From NCBI GenBank assembly GCA_026770705.1, contig JANJGN010000026.1, forward strand, positions 33,232,001 through 33,296,000: a stretch of DNA of 64,000 bases, given 5' to 3'. A program made the translations under genes and the position numbers. Numbering within the stretch: the first letter of the stretch is position 1; every line of letters starts with the position of its first letter. The stretch is from Isurus oxyrinchus. Lineage: Eukaryota. The notes below the pieces were generated by a model, which saw nothing but the letters and a program-made list of their open reading frames with translations, was not told the DNA's origin and made no database searches. This document shows, one piece after another, positions 1 through 13,735 of this stretch.

Positions 1-130
1 GGTGGGATCAGACTGTTTCCGTGTATCTAAATCAATGCCTTACATTTTATTTTGGAAAAGTAAAACTCGTAGAGAACAATGATCATTCTGATAGTGGCAA
101 TCTGAAGCTTTAAGTACATATCTTGCGACT

Positions 131-204
131 TTTTCTGTGGTGCAATTGGTCAGCGTGTTTGGCTGTTAACTGGAAGGTTGGTAGTTCGAGACCACCCGGA
201 GACG
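131..204 (+). tRNA. tRNA-Asn(GTT)-like gene, probably a pseudogene
   Basis: Colinear with vertebrate tRNA-Asn (TCTGTGG.GCAAT.GGT.AGCG.GTT.GGCTGTTAAC.G.AAGGTTGGT.GTTCGAG.CCACCC.G.GACG). GTT anticodon and A/B boxes are present, but several CpG>TpG changes disrupt the stems. Confidence 0.8.
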
Positions 205-1079
205 AAGCTTTCACTGTTTATCAGCCCATCACATTCATCACCCCACAGCTCTGGGTTGTTAAGGTGCATATTGTTTTCAAGCAAATAATCCACATTTCTG
301 TTATTCAGTGACCCACACAAATGGTTGCTTTCTTATGAATATTTCAAATGTAAAGAGAAAATTATTAGGCCCACCATGTACCAATATCTAACTCATTGGA
401 AAGATATGAAGTTATATGATTCAAACAAACCCATCAGTGATTCTCTCTTCCTCAGCTCCACAGTGAGTGGGACAGGGAAGAGCGGAGAAGCGGCAATATT
501 CCGGCCCCACACTCTCCAATCACCCGCTGCCAGCAGAAAGCAGCGACAGCAGCTTCAATCAGCAGATTACTGTCCATCCCTGGGATGCAAGATACTCCAG
601 CACGGGCTAAACCTCCCAATACACCGAGCACAGGCTCAGGCAAACACAGGTAGATTAGATCCCGGCCACTAAACTTCCGAGCAGCATTAACAGAATTCCC
701 GAGAGACGGAGTCACAAATAAAAACGACGACAACTTTGTAAATCTTTTCACTGTGAAATTCTATCTTTTTATTTAAAAACTGACAGTTGTGAATCTGAAA
801 ATGAGCACCATGGGATTTGTGTTACCGACTGACTTGTTTTCCATTGTTTGTCCGACAGGTTTGCAACTCAATTTGTGTTGGAGATTGAAGCGAATCTGAT
901 TTCAAAATGTGGTTATAAAACAGATAAACATTAAATCCAGGAACAAATCCTGAGGAAATGGATCACAATGTTTGGAAGTAGGTGCAGCTGAGAAGCAGAC
1001 GCTGTGAATGATGTTATTGATGATTGATGGGAAAGCATTGGACCCTTGGGCTTCAGGTGGTCAATTTCCTTCTCTCCCA

Positions 1080-1427
1080 TTGCATTCAAACTGTTAACTC
1101 GCTGTGATGTTTTCCCTTCCCACATTCGGAGCAGGTTAATGGCCTCTCCACAGTGTGAACTTGCTGGTGTCTCAGCCGATAGATGTATGAGTGAATCCCT
1201 TCCCACACATGGAGCAGGTTAATAACTTCCCATCAGTGTGACTGCATTAGTGAATTTCCAGCTAAGATGGGTGACTCAATCCTTCCTCACATTCCCCACA
1301 TTTTACAGATTCTCATCAGTGTAACCATGCTTGTATTTCAACAGACAGATGATGCATTGAATCCTCGTCCACACACAGGACACGTGTACAGTTTCTCCCC
1401 ACTGTGAACGGTGCTTTTTCCTTCCAT
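1080..1427 (-). pseudogene. C2H2 zinc-finger gene remnant
   Basis: Minus strand reads [24 protein letters not shown]..., then degenerate CxxCGKGF fingers with stops and frameshifts. It is an inverted paralog of the ZNF at 11389; the upstream flanks also align (1430-1620 vs 11220-11390). Confidence 0.8.
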
Positions 1428-2019
1428 GTTCAAACTCTGATGATATTCAGGCTACGATAAACTGGGCGACTCAGCCAGATCCTAGTGTGATGTTGGTTTG
1501 AGTTTCCTGACTGCAAATCTTCCCCTCCTAATACCCTGTGAAAATGATTTAAAGCAGAAAAACGGGAGAGAGGGAGAACCCACAAAAACACAAAGGCAGG
1601 TTGTGAAATTGAACTGAAAATTTGGAAATTTGTGGGACAGACACTAGGGCAAAATGACATTCAAAGCTGTTGGATTGTCAAAACAATTCAACTGGTTGAC
1701 TAATGTTCATCAGAGAAGGGAACCTTACACTCAGTCTGCGCCTACACAAGACCTCTATAGGAGGAGAGAGGCGGAGACAAAGAGGGAGATAGAGAGAGAA
1801 AATGAGGGAGAAATGCAAAAGGAGAGATAGAGAGTGACATAAGAGGGTAAGGTTCAGAGGGAGAGAGAGATAGAGAGAGAGAGAGGTGAGAGTGGCAGGG
1901 GTGAAAGAGAGGGATTTCATATCAGCTCGACCAGAACTTTAACAGAACGTCTCGAACCCTGAATCTACACCATCTAGAAGGAGCAAGGTAACAGGTGTAC
2001 GCAAACGCACACACCATCC

Positions 2020-2950
2020 TGACTTGTCTGGCATCCAGTGCTGCATGAACAGAAATGTCCTCCAATTAAATATTGGAAAAATTAAAGCCATTGTCTTTAG
2101 CCCCTCCCACCGACCCCCCCCCCCCCAACAACCACCACCACCACCACCCCCGACCCCTCCCCCCCACCCCCCCGGCACCCTACAAACGTCACTCCTTAGC
2201 CAATGGCTCCTTTCCTCTCCCCAGCAATTGTCTGAGGCTGAACCAGATTCTTCTAAAACTTGATGTCATGCTTCAAACATATCTGCATCATCACAAAGAC
2301 TGCCGATTCCCACCTCAGTAACATCACCGAACCCTGTCCTAGCCTCAGCTCATCCAGTTCTAAAACTCTCATCCATTCCTTTATTATCTCTCGACTTAAC
2401 TACCCTAATGCACCCCAGGCCACATCCCACATTCACCTCCCCAGTGAACTTGAGGTGATGTAACACTCTGCTACCCATGTGTTTGTTTGCAATAAGTCTT
2501 GCTCACTCATCACCTCTGTGCTCGCTGACCTAAAAAGACTCACGTTTAAGAAGCACCAAAATTTTAAAATTCTCATCCTTGTTTTCAAATCCCTCTGGGG
2601 CTGCAATCACCCCTTTCTCTGCGATCTCCTCCAGGCCAACAACCCTTCAGGATCTCTGCACTGATCTAATCCTGATCTCTTGACCATTCTCAATTAATCA
2701 GTCCACCACTTGTTGCCATTTTTTAAGTTTCCGAGACCCCAAGCTCTGAAATTTCCTCCCTAAACCTCACCACATCTCTATTCACTTTCTTCTATTAAGA
2801 TACTCCTTAGCCTTACTCTTTCACAAAGCTTTTGGTCACCTGCCCTAATGTCTCCTTATGTGGCTCGGTGTCAAATGTTGCTTTGTAATATTTCTACAAA
2901 ATGCTTTGGAACATTCAGTTACATGAAAGATGCTATCTGAATACAAATTA
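2020..2950 (+). mobile_element. Decayed L2/CR1-clade LINE 3' fragment
   Basis: Broken frames give LQLNIGKIKAIVF, TLIHSFIISRLNY and LITSVLADL..FKILILVFKSL, typical of the L2-type ORF2 C-terminus. Confidence 0.65.
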
Positions 2951-5049
2951 TTGTTAGTTTGGATATATATTACTCTTCCTTCATCGCCACAGGGTGAAAG
3001 GTTCTGTAACTCCCTATCTAACAACATTGTGGGAGCACCTTCACACGGGTTGCAGAGGTTCAAGAAGGTCAAACATCATTTTCCCCACAGGTAAATGGGG
3101 ATGGGCAATATCTGCTGCTGGCCTTGTTAGTGGCACTGAAATCTCAAGGATTGCCTGTGTCAGATGGGGCGGTCCTTCCTTTAAACTCCATCTGAGAGGA
3201 AAGTGACTGCTCCCGAGAGCTGTATGAGAGGAGGCAGCTCAGAGGCAGATGCTGAACACACTGCAGCCCGCATGGACATTACAAACTGCCCCCTTTCTTG
3301 GGTACTCATTGCTGGAGGCGTAGCAACCAGCACATAGAAACAGAAGCAGGCCATTCAGCCCCTCAAACCTGCTCCACCATTCTATTCGCTAAGCTCCCTT
3401 TTCCCATCTTTGTCAAATTACTTTTATATCTTTGCTTAACAAAATTCAATCTATTCATGTCTTGAAAAATTCAACTGACCACCAGCATTCACAGCTTTTT
3501 GGGGAGGTTGGTCCTGGTTCCCACAACTCTTGTCTGAACACGTTGTTCCTGATTTCACTCCAGGTTCTACTGTTTTGATTCTGCCCCCTTGTTCTCGATT
3601 CCCCAGCAGAGCAAATGTTTTCCCTGTATCTACCCTCACAAACACATTGATCATTTTAAAAAACAGCATATCACCCCTGAAACTTCAATATTTCATGAAA
3701 TATAAACCAATTTTCTGCAGCCTGTTCACCTTGAAGTGCAGCAGCATTGACTTTAATAATTGGAGGAGCTTTCTACCAACTGTTCAGAATGGCGACAACT
3801 TATCCATCAAGCTGCATCACACTTTGAGTCACAGTGTCTTCATGATGAGGCACAGCAGCAGAGAAGTGGAATCAAATGCTGTGCTTCAGATCCCAATACT
3901 TCATGGATGTCCTGCCCCATGAGTCCAAATATCTGCAGGTCAAGAATCAGTCTGTTCATTTGCAAGAAGACCCATGGCAGAAACTCACCACCCTGAGTAG
4001 ACATCATCCTTGAATCGAGAGGCTGCTGACAAAGTATTAAACAACAACTAATACAGGCACTTGAGCACTGAGAGAATACACATAGATGGACAGGTTGTTT
4101 AACAGAATTCTGACCACAGAAAGTTCATTCCAGTGAAGCCAGACTGAACATGAAGATAAGACAGAAATAGAGGCAGATATGATAGCCCAAGATTAAACAT
4201 AATGCAAACTGAATTAGAATCACCATTGGAGCAGCTTTATTAGATTCACAATAACTAAGCATAATAAACAGAGGCCTTTCACTGTAGGATAATGAAAATA
4301 CTGGACAAAGATAGGAATAGTTTCATTCTGAGGGTTTGAGGAGAGGCTTGGTAGAGGATAGACAAAGGGTGTGGCTTCTGCAGCTACTGCAGTTCTGCAC
4401 TCTCACAAGGAAGGGGGTGTTTAGATTATGTAAGTGTCACCATTAAGCTGCAAACATAAAATCAAGGCTTTATTTAAGCAATGAAATGGATATAGAAATG
4501 AAGATGCCCTGTCAGTTCAATGGAACTTGAGGGATTTAGGGTTATTAATAAAAATGAAACATTCTCGCCTCTGAGCCAGAAACTCCTCTGCAGACAGTAC
4601 TGGAGAGTGAAGTCGACTCTCCAGCTCATTCTGAATTGACATCAGGCAGGATAGGTGTATCCGGCGGGTCTGGCTGTTCTCTCCCATTGGGTGAGCTGAT
4701 CAAACTCTCCCGGCTGATGCCGGAACAACAAACTGGCTGGAATTAAATGGTTCCAAACACGGAAGGGGGGTTAACAGCCTGCAAATTCTTCCACTAATTC
4801 ACACTGTTCTCCAAGGGATGAATTCAAAGAGAAACAATCACTACGCCCTGTCATTTCCCGAAATAATTCCTGCTGCCTGTCCTGACTGAATCCATTTCAG
4901 CAACAAATGTTGATATGTTTGCTCCACACCCACAGGTGTGGACAGTTTCATCTGTTTAAAGCCACAAACAGAAAGGTCCAGTTTTCTCCTGGAGTTTGAG
5001 ACAAATCAGCTTTCAAAATGATGCAGTTTCTGGCAATGAGGGAGATCCG

Positions 5050-5420
5050 GACTCAGCCCCGCCCCTCATTCACTCCAATTGGTTGGAGGACCAGCCACTT
5101 TCGCTTGGTCCTCTAGTCCAGCCCCGTCTTCCTATTGGTCCCGAGTTGCCGTCAATCAGTCTCCGGGCATTGTGATTTGAGCATGCGCAAGCCATGGCGA
5201 CGGACGGTAAGAGAGCTCGAGCGAGCGGGTTTAAAATGGAGGGTTTACAAAGACCGAATGCGGATCCAGAGCCCAAAATAAAACCTGCAACATTTTCTAC
5301 TTAAGAGGCGACTAGAAACCGTAAACATTATCCCTGACTTCCCGGTTTCTCCCGCTCATGTCTGACTTTGGAGTGAGTCCGGCGAGGCCCCAGCGCATGT
5401 GCAATGTCAGCTCATTCAGG
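5050..5420. promoter_or_regulatory. CpG-rich promoter-like region with a possible short first exon
   Basis: Clustered CCAAT/ATTGG boxes, NRF1-like GCATGCGC, YY1-like AAAATGG, and GCCATGGCGACGGACG followed by a GTAAG donor at about 5191-5211. Confidence 0.5.
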
Positions 5421-5754
5421 AAGCGTCTGTAAATGGAGAGAAAGTGGTTAAAGTTAGGGAGCGTCTCTAAAAATGGTGATTGTCAGGAAATGTCTGCAAA
5501 TGAAGGAAATAAGGACTGAGCATGGAGTGCTTAAAAAGCAAGGGAACGTGCTGATGAACAGGGAATGTCTGTAAAGAATCATTGAGTCATAGAATTGTAT
5601 AACACTGTTACCAGAGAAGAAGATGATGCTTGACCTTGAACCTTTGCAGTCTGTGTGGTGAAACTGCTCCCACATTTCTGTGAGATAAGGAGTTACAGGA
5701 ATTTCACTCAGTGATGATGAAGGAATGGTGACATGTTCAAATCATCAACAATAA

Positions 5755-6264
5755 TGTGTGTTTATATGGTGCCTTTCTTGTAATAGAAAACTCCAAAGTG
5801 TTTCACAGGAGTTTTATGAAGCAACTTTTGCCACTGAGCCCACAGAAGGAGATGTTTGGCTAGATGACCAAAAGTTTGGTCAGAGATAGGTTTTAAGAAT
5901 TATCTTGGAGGGTATGCGGCTGGAGAAAATCACAGAGATAGGAAGGAGCGATATCCTGAAGAGATTTGAGAACAAAAATGATAAATTTAAAATTTAAGTG
6001 CTTCTCAGCCTGGAAACGTTCCTCAGCGAGCATGATGGTGATGAGTAAACAAGACTTGGTGGAGTAAGCACATGGGCAGCAGAGTTTTGAATGACCTCAA
6101 GATCACAGGGAGGTTTAATGTGGGAGGCCGGCTGGGATTCCGTTAGGATAGTTGTCTATAGGTAACAAATGAATAGATAAGAATTTCAATTGCATAGCAA
6201 CTGAGACTAGGATGGAGTTGGATGATACTGAGGTGGAAATGGGCAGTCTTGGTGATGATAAAGG
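5755..6264 (-). mobile_element. L2-like LINE fragment interrupted by the CR1 at 6265; it resumes at about 7460-7612
   Basis: Reverse-complement similarity to the 2020-2950 and 13200-13620 LINE fragments (IITKTAHFHL...ILIYSFVTYR). Confidence 0.55.
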
Positions 6265-7460
6265 GGAGCCTGTAGACAAACCGTACTTGGATTTCCAGAA
6301 GGCATTTGATAAAATGCCACATCAAAGGTTATCACGACAAATAAAAGCTCATGGTGTGGGATGTAACATGTTAGTATGGATAGAATATTGGCTGGCTGGC
6401 AGAAAACAGAGAGTATGCACAAATTGGTCTTTGTTGATTGGCAGGATGTGATGAGTGGAGTCCCACAGGATCTGTGCTGGCACCTCAACTTTTTACAATT
6501 GATATCAATGACTTAGATGAGGGGAGAGAAGCCATTGTAGCTAAATTTGCAGATGACATGAAGATATATAGAAATGTATGTTGTGAAGAGGACATAAGGA
6601 GGTTGCAGACGCATATAAATAGGCTGACTGATTGGGCAGAGATCTGGCAAATGAAGTTTAATATTGAAAAATGTGAAGTTGTTCACTTTAGCAGGAAGAA
6701 TAAAAAAATAGAGTGTTACTTAAATGGAGAATGACTGCAGAATTCCAAGGTGCAGAGGGATATAGGTGTTCTAGTGCATGAGGCACAAAAGGTTAGTATG
6801 CAGGTAGTTAAGAAGGCTAAGGGAATACTTTTCTTTATTACGAGAGGAATTGAACTTCAAAGCAAGGATGTTATGCTTCAGTTATACAGGGCATTGGTGA
6901 GACCACATATCAAATACAGTGTGCAGTTTTTGGTCTCTTATTCAAAGAAAGATGTAAATACATTGGAGGTGGTTCAAAGGAGGTTTACTAGATTGCTACC
7001 TGGATGAGCGGGTTGTCTTTTGAGGATAGGTTGGACAGGTTGGGCTTGTTTCCACTGGAGTTTAGAAAAGGGAGGGGTGACTTGATTGAAGTATATAAGA
7101 TCCTGAATGGTCTTGACAAGGTGGATATGCAAAGGATGTTTCCTCTTGTGGGTGAGTCCAGAACTAGGGGCATTGTTTTGAAATTAGGAGACGCCCTTTT
7201 AGGACAGAGATGAGGAGAATTTTTTTCTCTGAGGACTCTGGAACTCCCTGCCTCAGAAGTCAGTGGTGGTGGAGTCATTAAATATTTTTAAGGCAGAGTT
7301 AGATAGATTCTTGTTAGGCACAGGAATCAAAGTTTATCGGGGGTAGATGGGAATGTGGAATTTGAAATGCAAGTAATCAGTCATGATTATATTGAATGGC
7401 GGCGTGGGCTCAAGGGACTGAATGACCTAGTTATTCTCCTATTTTGCACGTTCGCATGAT
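6265..7460 (+). mobile_element. CR1 LINE, 5'-truncated reverse transcriptase and 3' UTR
   Basis: Peptides across broken frames: [73 protein letters not shown]. Confidence 0.9.
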
Positions 7461-7614
7461 GCAGATATGTGGTTTGAAGGTCAGTTTGGGGTGAAACATG
7501 ACACCAATGTTGTGAACAGTCTGGTTCAGTCTCAGACAGTTGCTGGGGAGATGATGGAGTCTGTGGCTGTGGAGTGGAGAAGAGACTGAAGACAATGGTT
7601 TCAGTTATCAGGGA

Positions 7615-8460
7615 GACATTGGCATAGTGGTATTGTCACTGGACAAGTAATTCAGAGATCAGGGTAATGCTTGAGGGACCCAGGTTCAAATCCCACCACA
7701 ACATCAGGCTTTCACCAAGACACCTTACACAGCACCTTCCAAACCCACAGCCACAACTACCTAGGAGGACAAGGGCAGCAGATAGATGGGAACACCACCA
7801 CCTGGAGGTTCCCCTCCAAGTAACTCATCATCCTGACTTGGAAATATATTGCCGTTTCTTCACTGTCACTGGGTCAAAATCCTGGAACTCCCTTCCTAAC
7901 AGCACTGTGAGTGTACCTACACCACATGGACTGCAGCGGTTCAAGAAGGCAGCTCAACCCATCTTCTCAAGAGCAACTAGGAATGGGGAATAAACACTGG
8001 CCCAGCCAGCGAAACCCATGAGTGAATAAAAAAAACTTTACAAGACAGATGGTGGAATTTAATTTCAATGAAAAGTCTAATGTTGGCAACAAAATCATTG
8101 TCGATAGTCGTAAAAACCCATCTAGTTCACTAATGTCCTTTAGAGGAGGAAATCTGCCATCCTTACCTGTGTGACTCCAGACCCACAAGAATGTGATTGA
8201 CTCTGAAATGCCCTCAGTAGTATCAAACCACGACTGGAAAATGATTAAGAAATGAAACCAGACCACCCGGCATCGGCCCAGGCACCAGAAGCGACAAAGG
8301 CAAACTCAGCCCTGTCAACCCGATGAAGTCCTCCATACTAACATCTGCAGGCTGGTGCCAAGAATGAGAGAGCTGTCTCACAGAGGAGTTAAGCAACAGC
8401 CTGACATACTCATATTCACGAAACCATAGTTCTTGTGGAGACAAAGTCCTGTCTTTACAT
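7615..8460. mobile_element. Nested tRNA-derived SINE and LINE fragments
   Basis: tRNA-like head (GGCATAGTGGTA...GGTTCAAATCCCACC) interrupted by a LINE 3' piece (SKSWNSLPNSTV...LQRFKKAA) that recurs at about 36.1 kb and 41.3 kb. Confidence 0.5.
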
Positions 8461-9102
8461 TGAGGATACCCTCCATTATGTTGTCTGGTATATAACCCTA
8501 GATCTCAAACAGATCATGCAACCATGAGGTGCTGTGAGCCATCGGCAGCAGCAGAATTGTACTCAATCACAGTCTTCAATTTTGCCTTGAATCATCATCC
8601 CCTTGATCATTTACTCAGTCTTCCATCCTATTGCAGACCATTTGTTCTTTCCTCCTCTCCCCCTCTCTTTTACCTGACCCTATATTTGCTGGAAAAGTAT
8701 TAAATCTTTCACTCTTTCCTGTTTGGATAAAGGGTCACCGATGTGAAACATTCACTCTGTTTACCTCTCCATAGATACTGTTTGACCTGCTGAGTGTTTC
8801 CAACATTTTCTGTTTTGAGGTCAATTTCTAGCATCTGCAGTATTTTTGGGGGGGCCACTGTGTTTTCTCTCACTTATCGTTACCTGTTTAAAGGTGAAGA
8901 AGAGCTTTTAAAGAATGAAACAGCTGTAATTGTCTTGAAGGGTCATTCGGACTCGAAACGTTAACTGTGCTCCTCTCCACAAATGCTGCCAGACCTGCTG
9001 AGTTTTTCCAGGTATTTTTGTTTTTGTTTTAGTAAGTATCACCCTGTTCAACATGAAACTAAACTAATTGTTAATTCCTCATCGGTAATAATTTTAAACA
9101 CA

Positions 9103-9174
9103 AATTTTTGGCCGGGATTGAACCGGGGACTCTCTCATGTAAAGTCAATGTGATAATCACTGCACTGGGGAAAT
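9103..9174 (-). tRNA. tRNA-Val-like pseudogene (TAC anticodon)
   Basis: Reverse complement TTTCCCCAGTGCAGTGATTATCACATTGACTTTACATGAGAGAGTCCCCGGTTCAATCCCGGCC aligns with vertebrate tRNA-Val, with many substitutions. Confidence 0.65.
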
Positions 9175-9299
9175 GAGTGTGAATCTCCCCGGACAGAGGG
9201 GAACTGACCATCCATCTCTAGCTCTAATTCCCAAACAGAAAATGCTGCCAAGAATCAGCAAGTCAGGCTGAGTCTGTGGCCGCTCTCAGCGTCTGAAAC

Positions 9300-9500
9300 C
9301 GTTACAATTGACGGTTGCTCCGGACCAATAGGAAAAGGGGGCAGGTCTGGGGGACATGCGTGCGCGAGAGGCTGGCCCTGCAACCAATGAGGAGGTGGGG
9401 CTGACTGAAGCATGTGCATTGTGGATAATGGGGGTCCACAATGGGTAAAGAGGGGGGATGGCGGGGCGGAGGGAGCGATGGACGAAGACATGTTGTGTAA
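9300..9500 (+). promoter_or_regulatory. GC-rich promoter-like region, probably for the downstream ZNF
   Basis: CCAAT boxes at about 9325 and 9384, GC box GGGGCGG at about 9463, NRF1-like CATGCGTGCGCG. Confidence 0.45.
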
Positions 9501-11388
9501 ACCCACAGCCGTGTTCAACTCGGGCTAAAGGCCCCAATGTTTTTTATTCATTCCTGGGATGTGGGTGTCCGTGGCTGCAGCCAGCAGTTACTGGCCATTC
9601 CTAAGTGCCCTTGTTCAGAGGGCAGTTCAGGATCATCACATTACTGTGGGGTCTGGGGTCACAGATAGGCCAGACCAGGTAAGGATTTTTATAACTATCA
9701 ACAATGGTTTCATGGTCATCTTTAGACTTTTAATTCTGGATTTTTATTGAATTCAAATTTCACCATCTGCTGTGGTGGGAATTGATCCCACGAGGCCACA
9801 GCATTACCCTGGGTCTCTTGAATATGAGTACGTCACAATGCCACTATGCCACCACAATGGGCACATGTAGGGGGCAATGTTTTAATGACTGGGAGGAGCT
9901 TGTTACCCATTGTTCAAAATGATGACAACTTGTCCATCAAGCTGTATTAACCTTTGAGCTGATCAATAATGTCTTATTGATGAGGCAAAGCAGCAGCAGA
10001 GAAGGCAAGAAAAGGAAGAAAATCCTGCTCTCCTGATCTCACTACCTCATAGACGACCTGCCCCATGTGTCCAAAGATCTGTGTGTCTGTTCAGTCACAT
10101 GAAGACCAATGGCAAAAACTCACAACCCTGAGTAGACATCACCCTCTAATCGAGGGACTGCTGACGACAATGAGGGACAATGTGCAGAGGACGCATGTGA
10201 GGTCAATCTGGACCAGGAAGGAGGAGGAGAGAATGTTGTGAATTTCCATCCTGGAATGGATTTTGGAAACTCCTTTTACAGGGGGTTAGAAGGGGAGGAT
10301 TTATGCACAGCAAACTCAAAGCAAGAAAAATATTTGTCTCCTCTGAATTTCCATCCTGGACTGATAGTGATTGTTTCTATAAACTCATGGGGTACCGGAA
10401 GCAGAGGTCTTTTTTAAGGAGTATCTTAAAGGAGGAAAGGAAGATAGAGAGGCAGACAGGATTAGTAATGAAATCTCAGAGTTTATGGCCTTGGCAGCTA
10501 CAGGTACCAAATGTGGAGCAAATGAAATCAGGAATTGTCAGGAAGTCAGAAGTAGAGGAGTGCAGATATCTCAGAGGTAACAAAGGAATGGATGATGGTT
10601 TCAGCAGCAAATGGGCTGAGACTTGGGTGGAGTCTGGTGATGTTACTAGTCTTCATGATGATGCAGGTATGTGGTTGGAGCTTGTCTTGGGGTCAAATAT
10701 GACACCAATGTTTTGAAGGATCTCCTTCAGCCTCAGGCAGTTGACAGAGAGGGGGCTGGAGTCAGTGCCTAGGGAGTGAAGTTTGTAGTGGGGACTGAGG
10801 ACAATGTCTTCAGCCTTCTCAATATTTAAATGGAGGAAAATTCTCCTCATCCACTGCTGGGTGTTGGGCAGGTCAGGATGGTGTGTGACTTGGAGGGGAA
10901 CCTGGAGGTGATGGTGTTCACATACACCCGCTACCCTGGTCCTTCTAGGTGGTGGAGATTGAGGATTCATGAGATTCTGTTAAAGTTCTGGTCGATTTGC
11001 ACAAAATTAAATAATATTCCTCTCCTCTGATTCTGCTCCCAGCTTCTTTCACTCTTCTCCCCCCATATTCCAGAGTCTTGTGTAGGACGAGACTGGGTGG
11101 CATGTTTCCTGAAGCATATTAGTGAACCAGCTGGGGTTTTACGACAATCCAGCAGTTTTCATGGTCATATTTTCCTAGTGTCAGCCCCACAAATCGCCAG
11201 ATTCATTCAGCTCAATTTCACAATCTGTCTTTGTGTTTTTGTGGGGTCTCTTTTTTCTGTTTTAAATTATTTTGATAGGTTTTTAGAAGGGGAGGTTTTC
11301 GAATCCGGAAACTCAAACCAAGCATCACATCAGGATCTGACAGAGTCACCCAATTTATCATAATCTTAAACATCATCAGATTTTGAAC

Positions 11389-12173
11389 ATGGAAGGAGAA
11401 AGCACCATTCACAGCAGAGAGAAACCGCACACGTGCCCTGTGTGTGGACGAGGCTTCAGCCGATCATATGGCCTGTCGAAACACAAGTGCAGTCATGCAG
11501 GGGAGAAACCATGGAAATGTGGAGACTGTGGGAAGGGATTCAGATCCTCTTCTGAGTTGGATACTCATTAACGCACTCACACTGGGGAGAAGCCGTTCAT
11601 CTGCTCCATATGTGGGAAGGGATTCATTTGGTCAGCAAACCTGCTGACACACCAGCATGTTCACACTGGGGAGAGACCGTTCACCTGCTCCGAGTGTGGG
11701 AAGGGATTCACTCATTTATCGTCCCTGCTGAGACACCAGCGAGTTCACACTGGAGAGAGGCCATTCACATGCTCTGCGTGTGGGAAAGGATTCACTGATG
11801 CATCCAACCTGTTGAGACACCAGCAAGTTCATACTGACAAGAGACTTTTTAAATGCCCAGACTGTGGGAAGTGCTTTAAAAGTTCTGGGGTCTGATGTCG
11901 CATCAGCATGTTCACACTGATGAGAGACCTTTTAATTGTCCAGAATGTGGGAAATGCTAGAAAAGGTTCTGGGAACTAATGTTCCATCAACGTGTTCACA
12001 CTGACAAGAGACCGTTCAGGTGCTCTCACTGTGGGACTGGGTTCAGGAGATCACCTGAACTCACTGTACACCAGCGAGTTCACACTGGGGAGAGACTGTT
12101 CACCTGCCCCGAGTGTGGGAAGAGATTCACACGGTCATCCATCCTGATGAGACACCAGCAAGTTCACAACTAA
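11389..12173 (+). pseudogene. C2H2 (Kruppel-type) zinc-finger pseudogene with about 9 fingers
   Basis: Repeated HTGE(K/R)PF.CxxCGKGF...HQRVH fingers. In-frame TAA at 11569, TAG near 11958 and frameshifts near 11890-11970. Confidence 0.9.
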
Positions 12174-12175
12174 CT

Positions 12176-12312
12176 CTTTCGAGTACAAACACGTTTCCAT
12201 CTGTTTCAGATGAAGTTACATTGTTTCATAGTTTGTCATTGTGAGATTTGAACTCTTGATCTTGGGGTTACAAACCCAGTACCATAACCACTTGGCTATT
12301 TAGGCCAAACCC
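12176..12312 (-). mobile_element. Short tRNA-derived SINE with target-site duplication
   Basis: Reverse complement has A box TAGCCAAGTGG, an anticodon-like stem-loop and B box GTTCAAATC. Flanked by CACAACTAACT (12165-12175) and CACAAGTAACT (12313-12323). Confidence 0.65.
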
Positions 12313-12499
12313 CACAAGTAACTACAGTGATTGGATTTCGCTGTTAATCACATTCAGGACTGAACCATGTTCTTTGGGGTCTATTTCTGCTGAATGTTAA
12401 TCAACTCCAAACCAGTTGTAGTTGTTAGTATTGTTGAAATTTAAAAAAGATTAGTTTTGTGTAAAGTACACAGAGAGGCGAATCTTTTTAATCTCTCTA

Positions 12500-13620
12500 A
12501 CTCACGAAGTTCCTTTTGAAGGGCTCTCCCTCTCCTCTGTCTTCTCCATACTCACCCCCAACAAGTGTGAGGAGCTCATGGAGCTTCTTTGTCACTAAGA
12601 TTGAGACAATCCCATCTGTTGACTCTGCTGCTTCCCTCTCATCCACTGGCCAATCGGGCAAAACTATCTTTAAAGCTCCTCCTTGTCCGAGCCCTGAACT
12701 TACATCTTTCCCCAGTTTCTCTTCTATCTCTCCCTCATTCCCTTCAGTGCTCATCTTATCCATGAGACCCACCTTCTGCTCCACTGACTCTAGTCCCACT
12801 AAGCTGCTGACCATTCAACTCTCGCTCTCTCCTGGTACTATCCCTCTATCTTTAATCCACCATCATCACCCATTCTATAAAAAAAAAAATCTTTAACCCC
12901 ATCTCCAACTCCCTTTCCTCTCCAATGTCCTTGTACTTGGTGTCCCCCAAGGATCTATCCTTGGACCCTCCTGTTTCTCATCTACCCACTGCCACTAGGT
13001 GACACCATCCAAAAGCACCACATAAGATTTCAAATGTACACTGACAACTCTACCTCACCACCATCCCTCTCCATTCCTCCAATTACTAAATTATCAAACT
13101 ACTTATCCGACATCCAGTACTGAAATAAGCAGAAATTTCCTCCAATTAACAATTTGGAAGTCTTCAGTCACCATAATAAATTCTGTTCCCTAACTACCAA
13201 GTCCATCCCTCTCCCTGGGAACTGTCTGAGGCTGAACCACACTCTTCATAATCTTGGTGTCATATTTCACCCCAAGATGAGTTTCTGACCACATACCCGC
13301 ACCATCACGAATACCAGATATTTCAATCTCCATAACGTCACCTGTCTCCCCCCGCACCCCAGCTCATGTGCTACTGAAACCCTCATCCATGCCCATGTTA
13401 CCTTTAGACTTGACAATTCCAATTGACCAACCTCAATACATTCACCCCACCCCCACATGGAACCGTGAGATCATCCAAAACTCTGCTGCCTGTGTGCTTT
13501 CTCACATCAAGTCCTGTTCATCCATCACCCCTGTGCTCACTGACCTACATCGGCTCCTGGTCAAACAATGCCTCGATTTTAAAATTCACATTCTTGATTT
13601 CAAATCCCTCCATGGCCGTC
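12500..13620 (+). mobile_element. Decayed L2-like LINE ORF2 fragment
   Basis: GVPQGSILGP-like motif at about 12940, a YTD remnant of the RT catalytic motif, and IQNSAACVL...ITPVLTDLHRL...FKI. Confidence 0.65.
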
Positions 13621-13735
13621 TATCATCTGAATTATATCTACATCAATATAACACTGTCTGTGAACTATTGCTGTCAGTTCAGTTCAATTGAAGTAATACT
13701 CTCTGATTTCCTCTTCCTTTGACCGTGTGTTCCAG

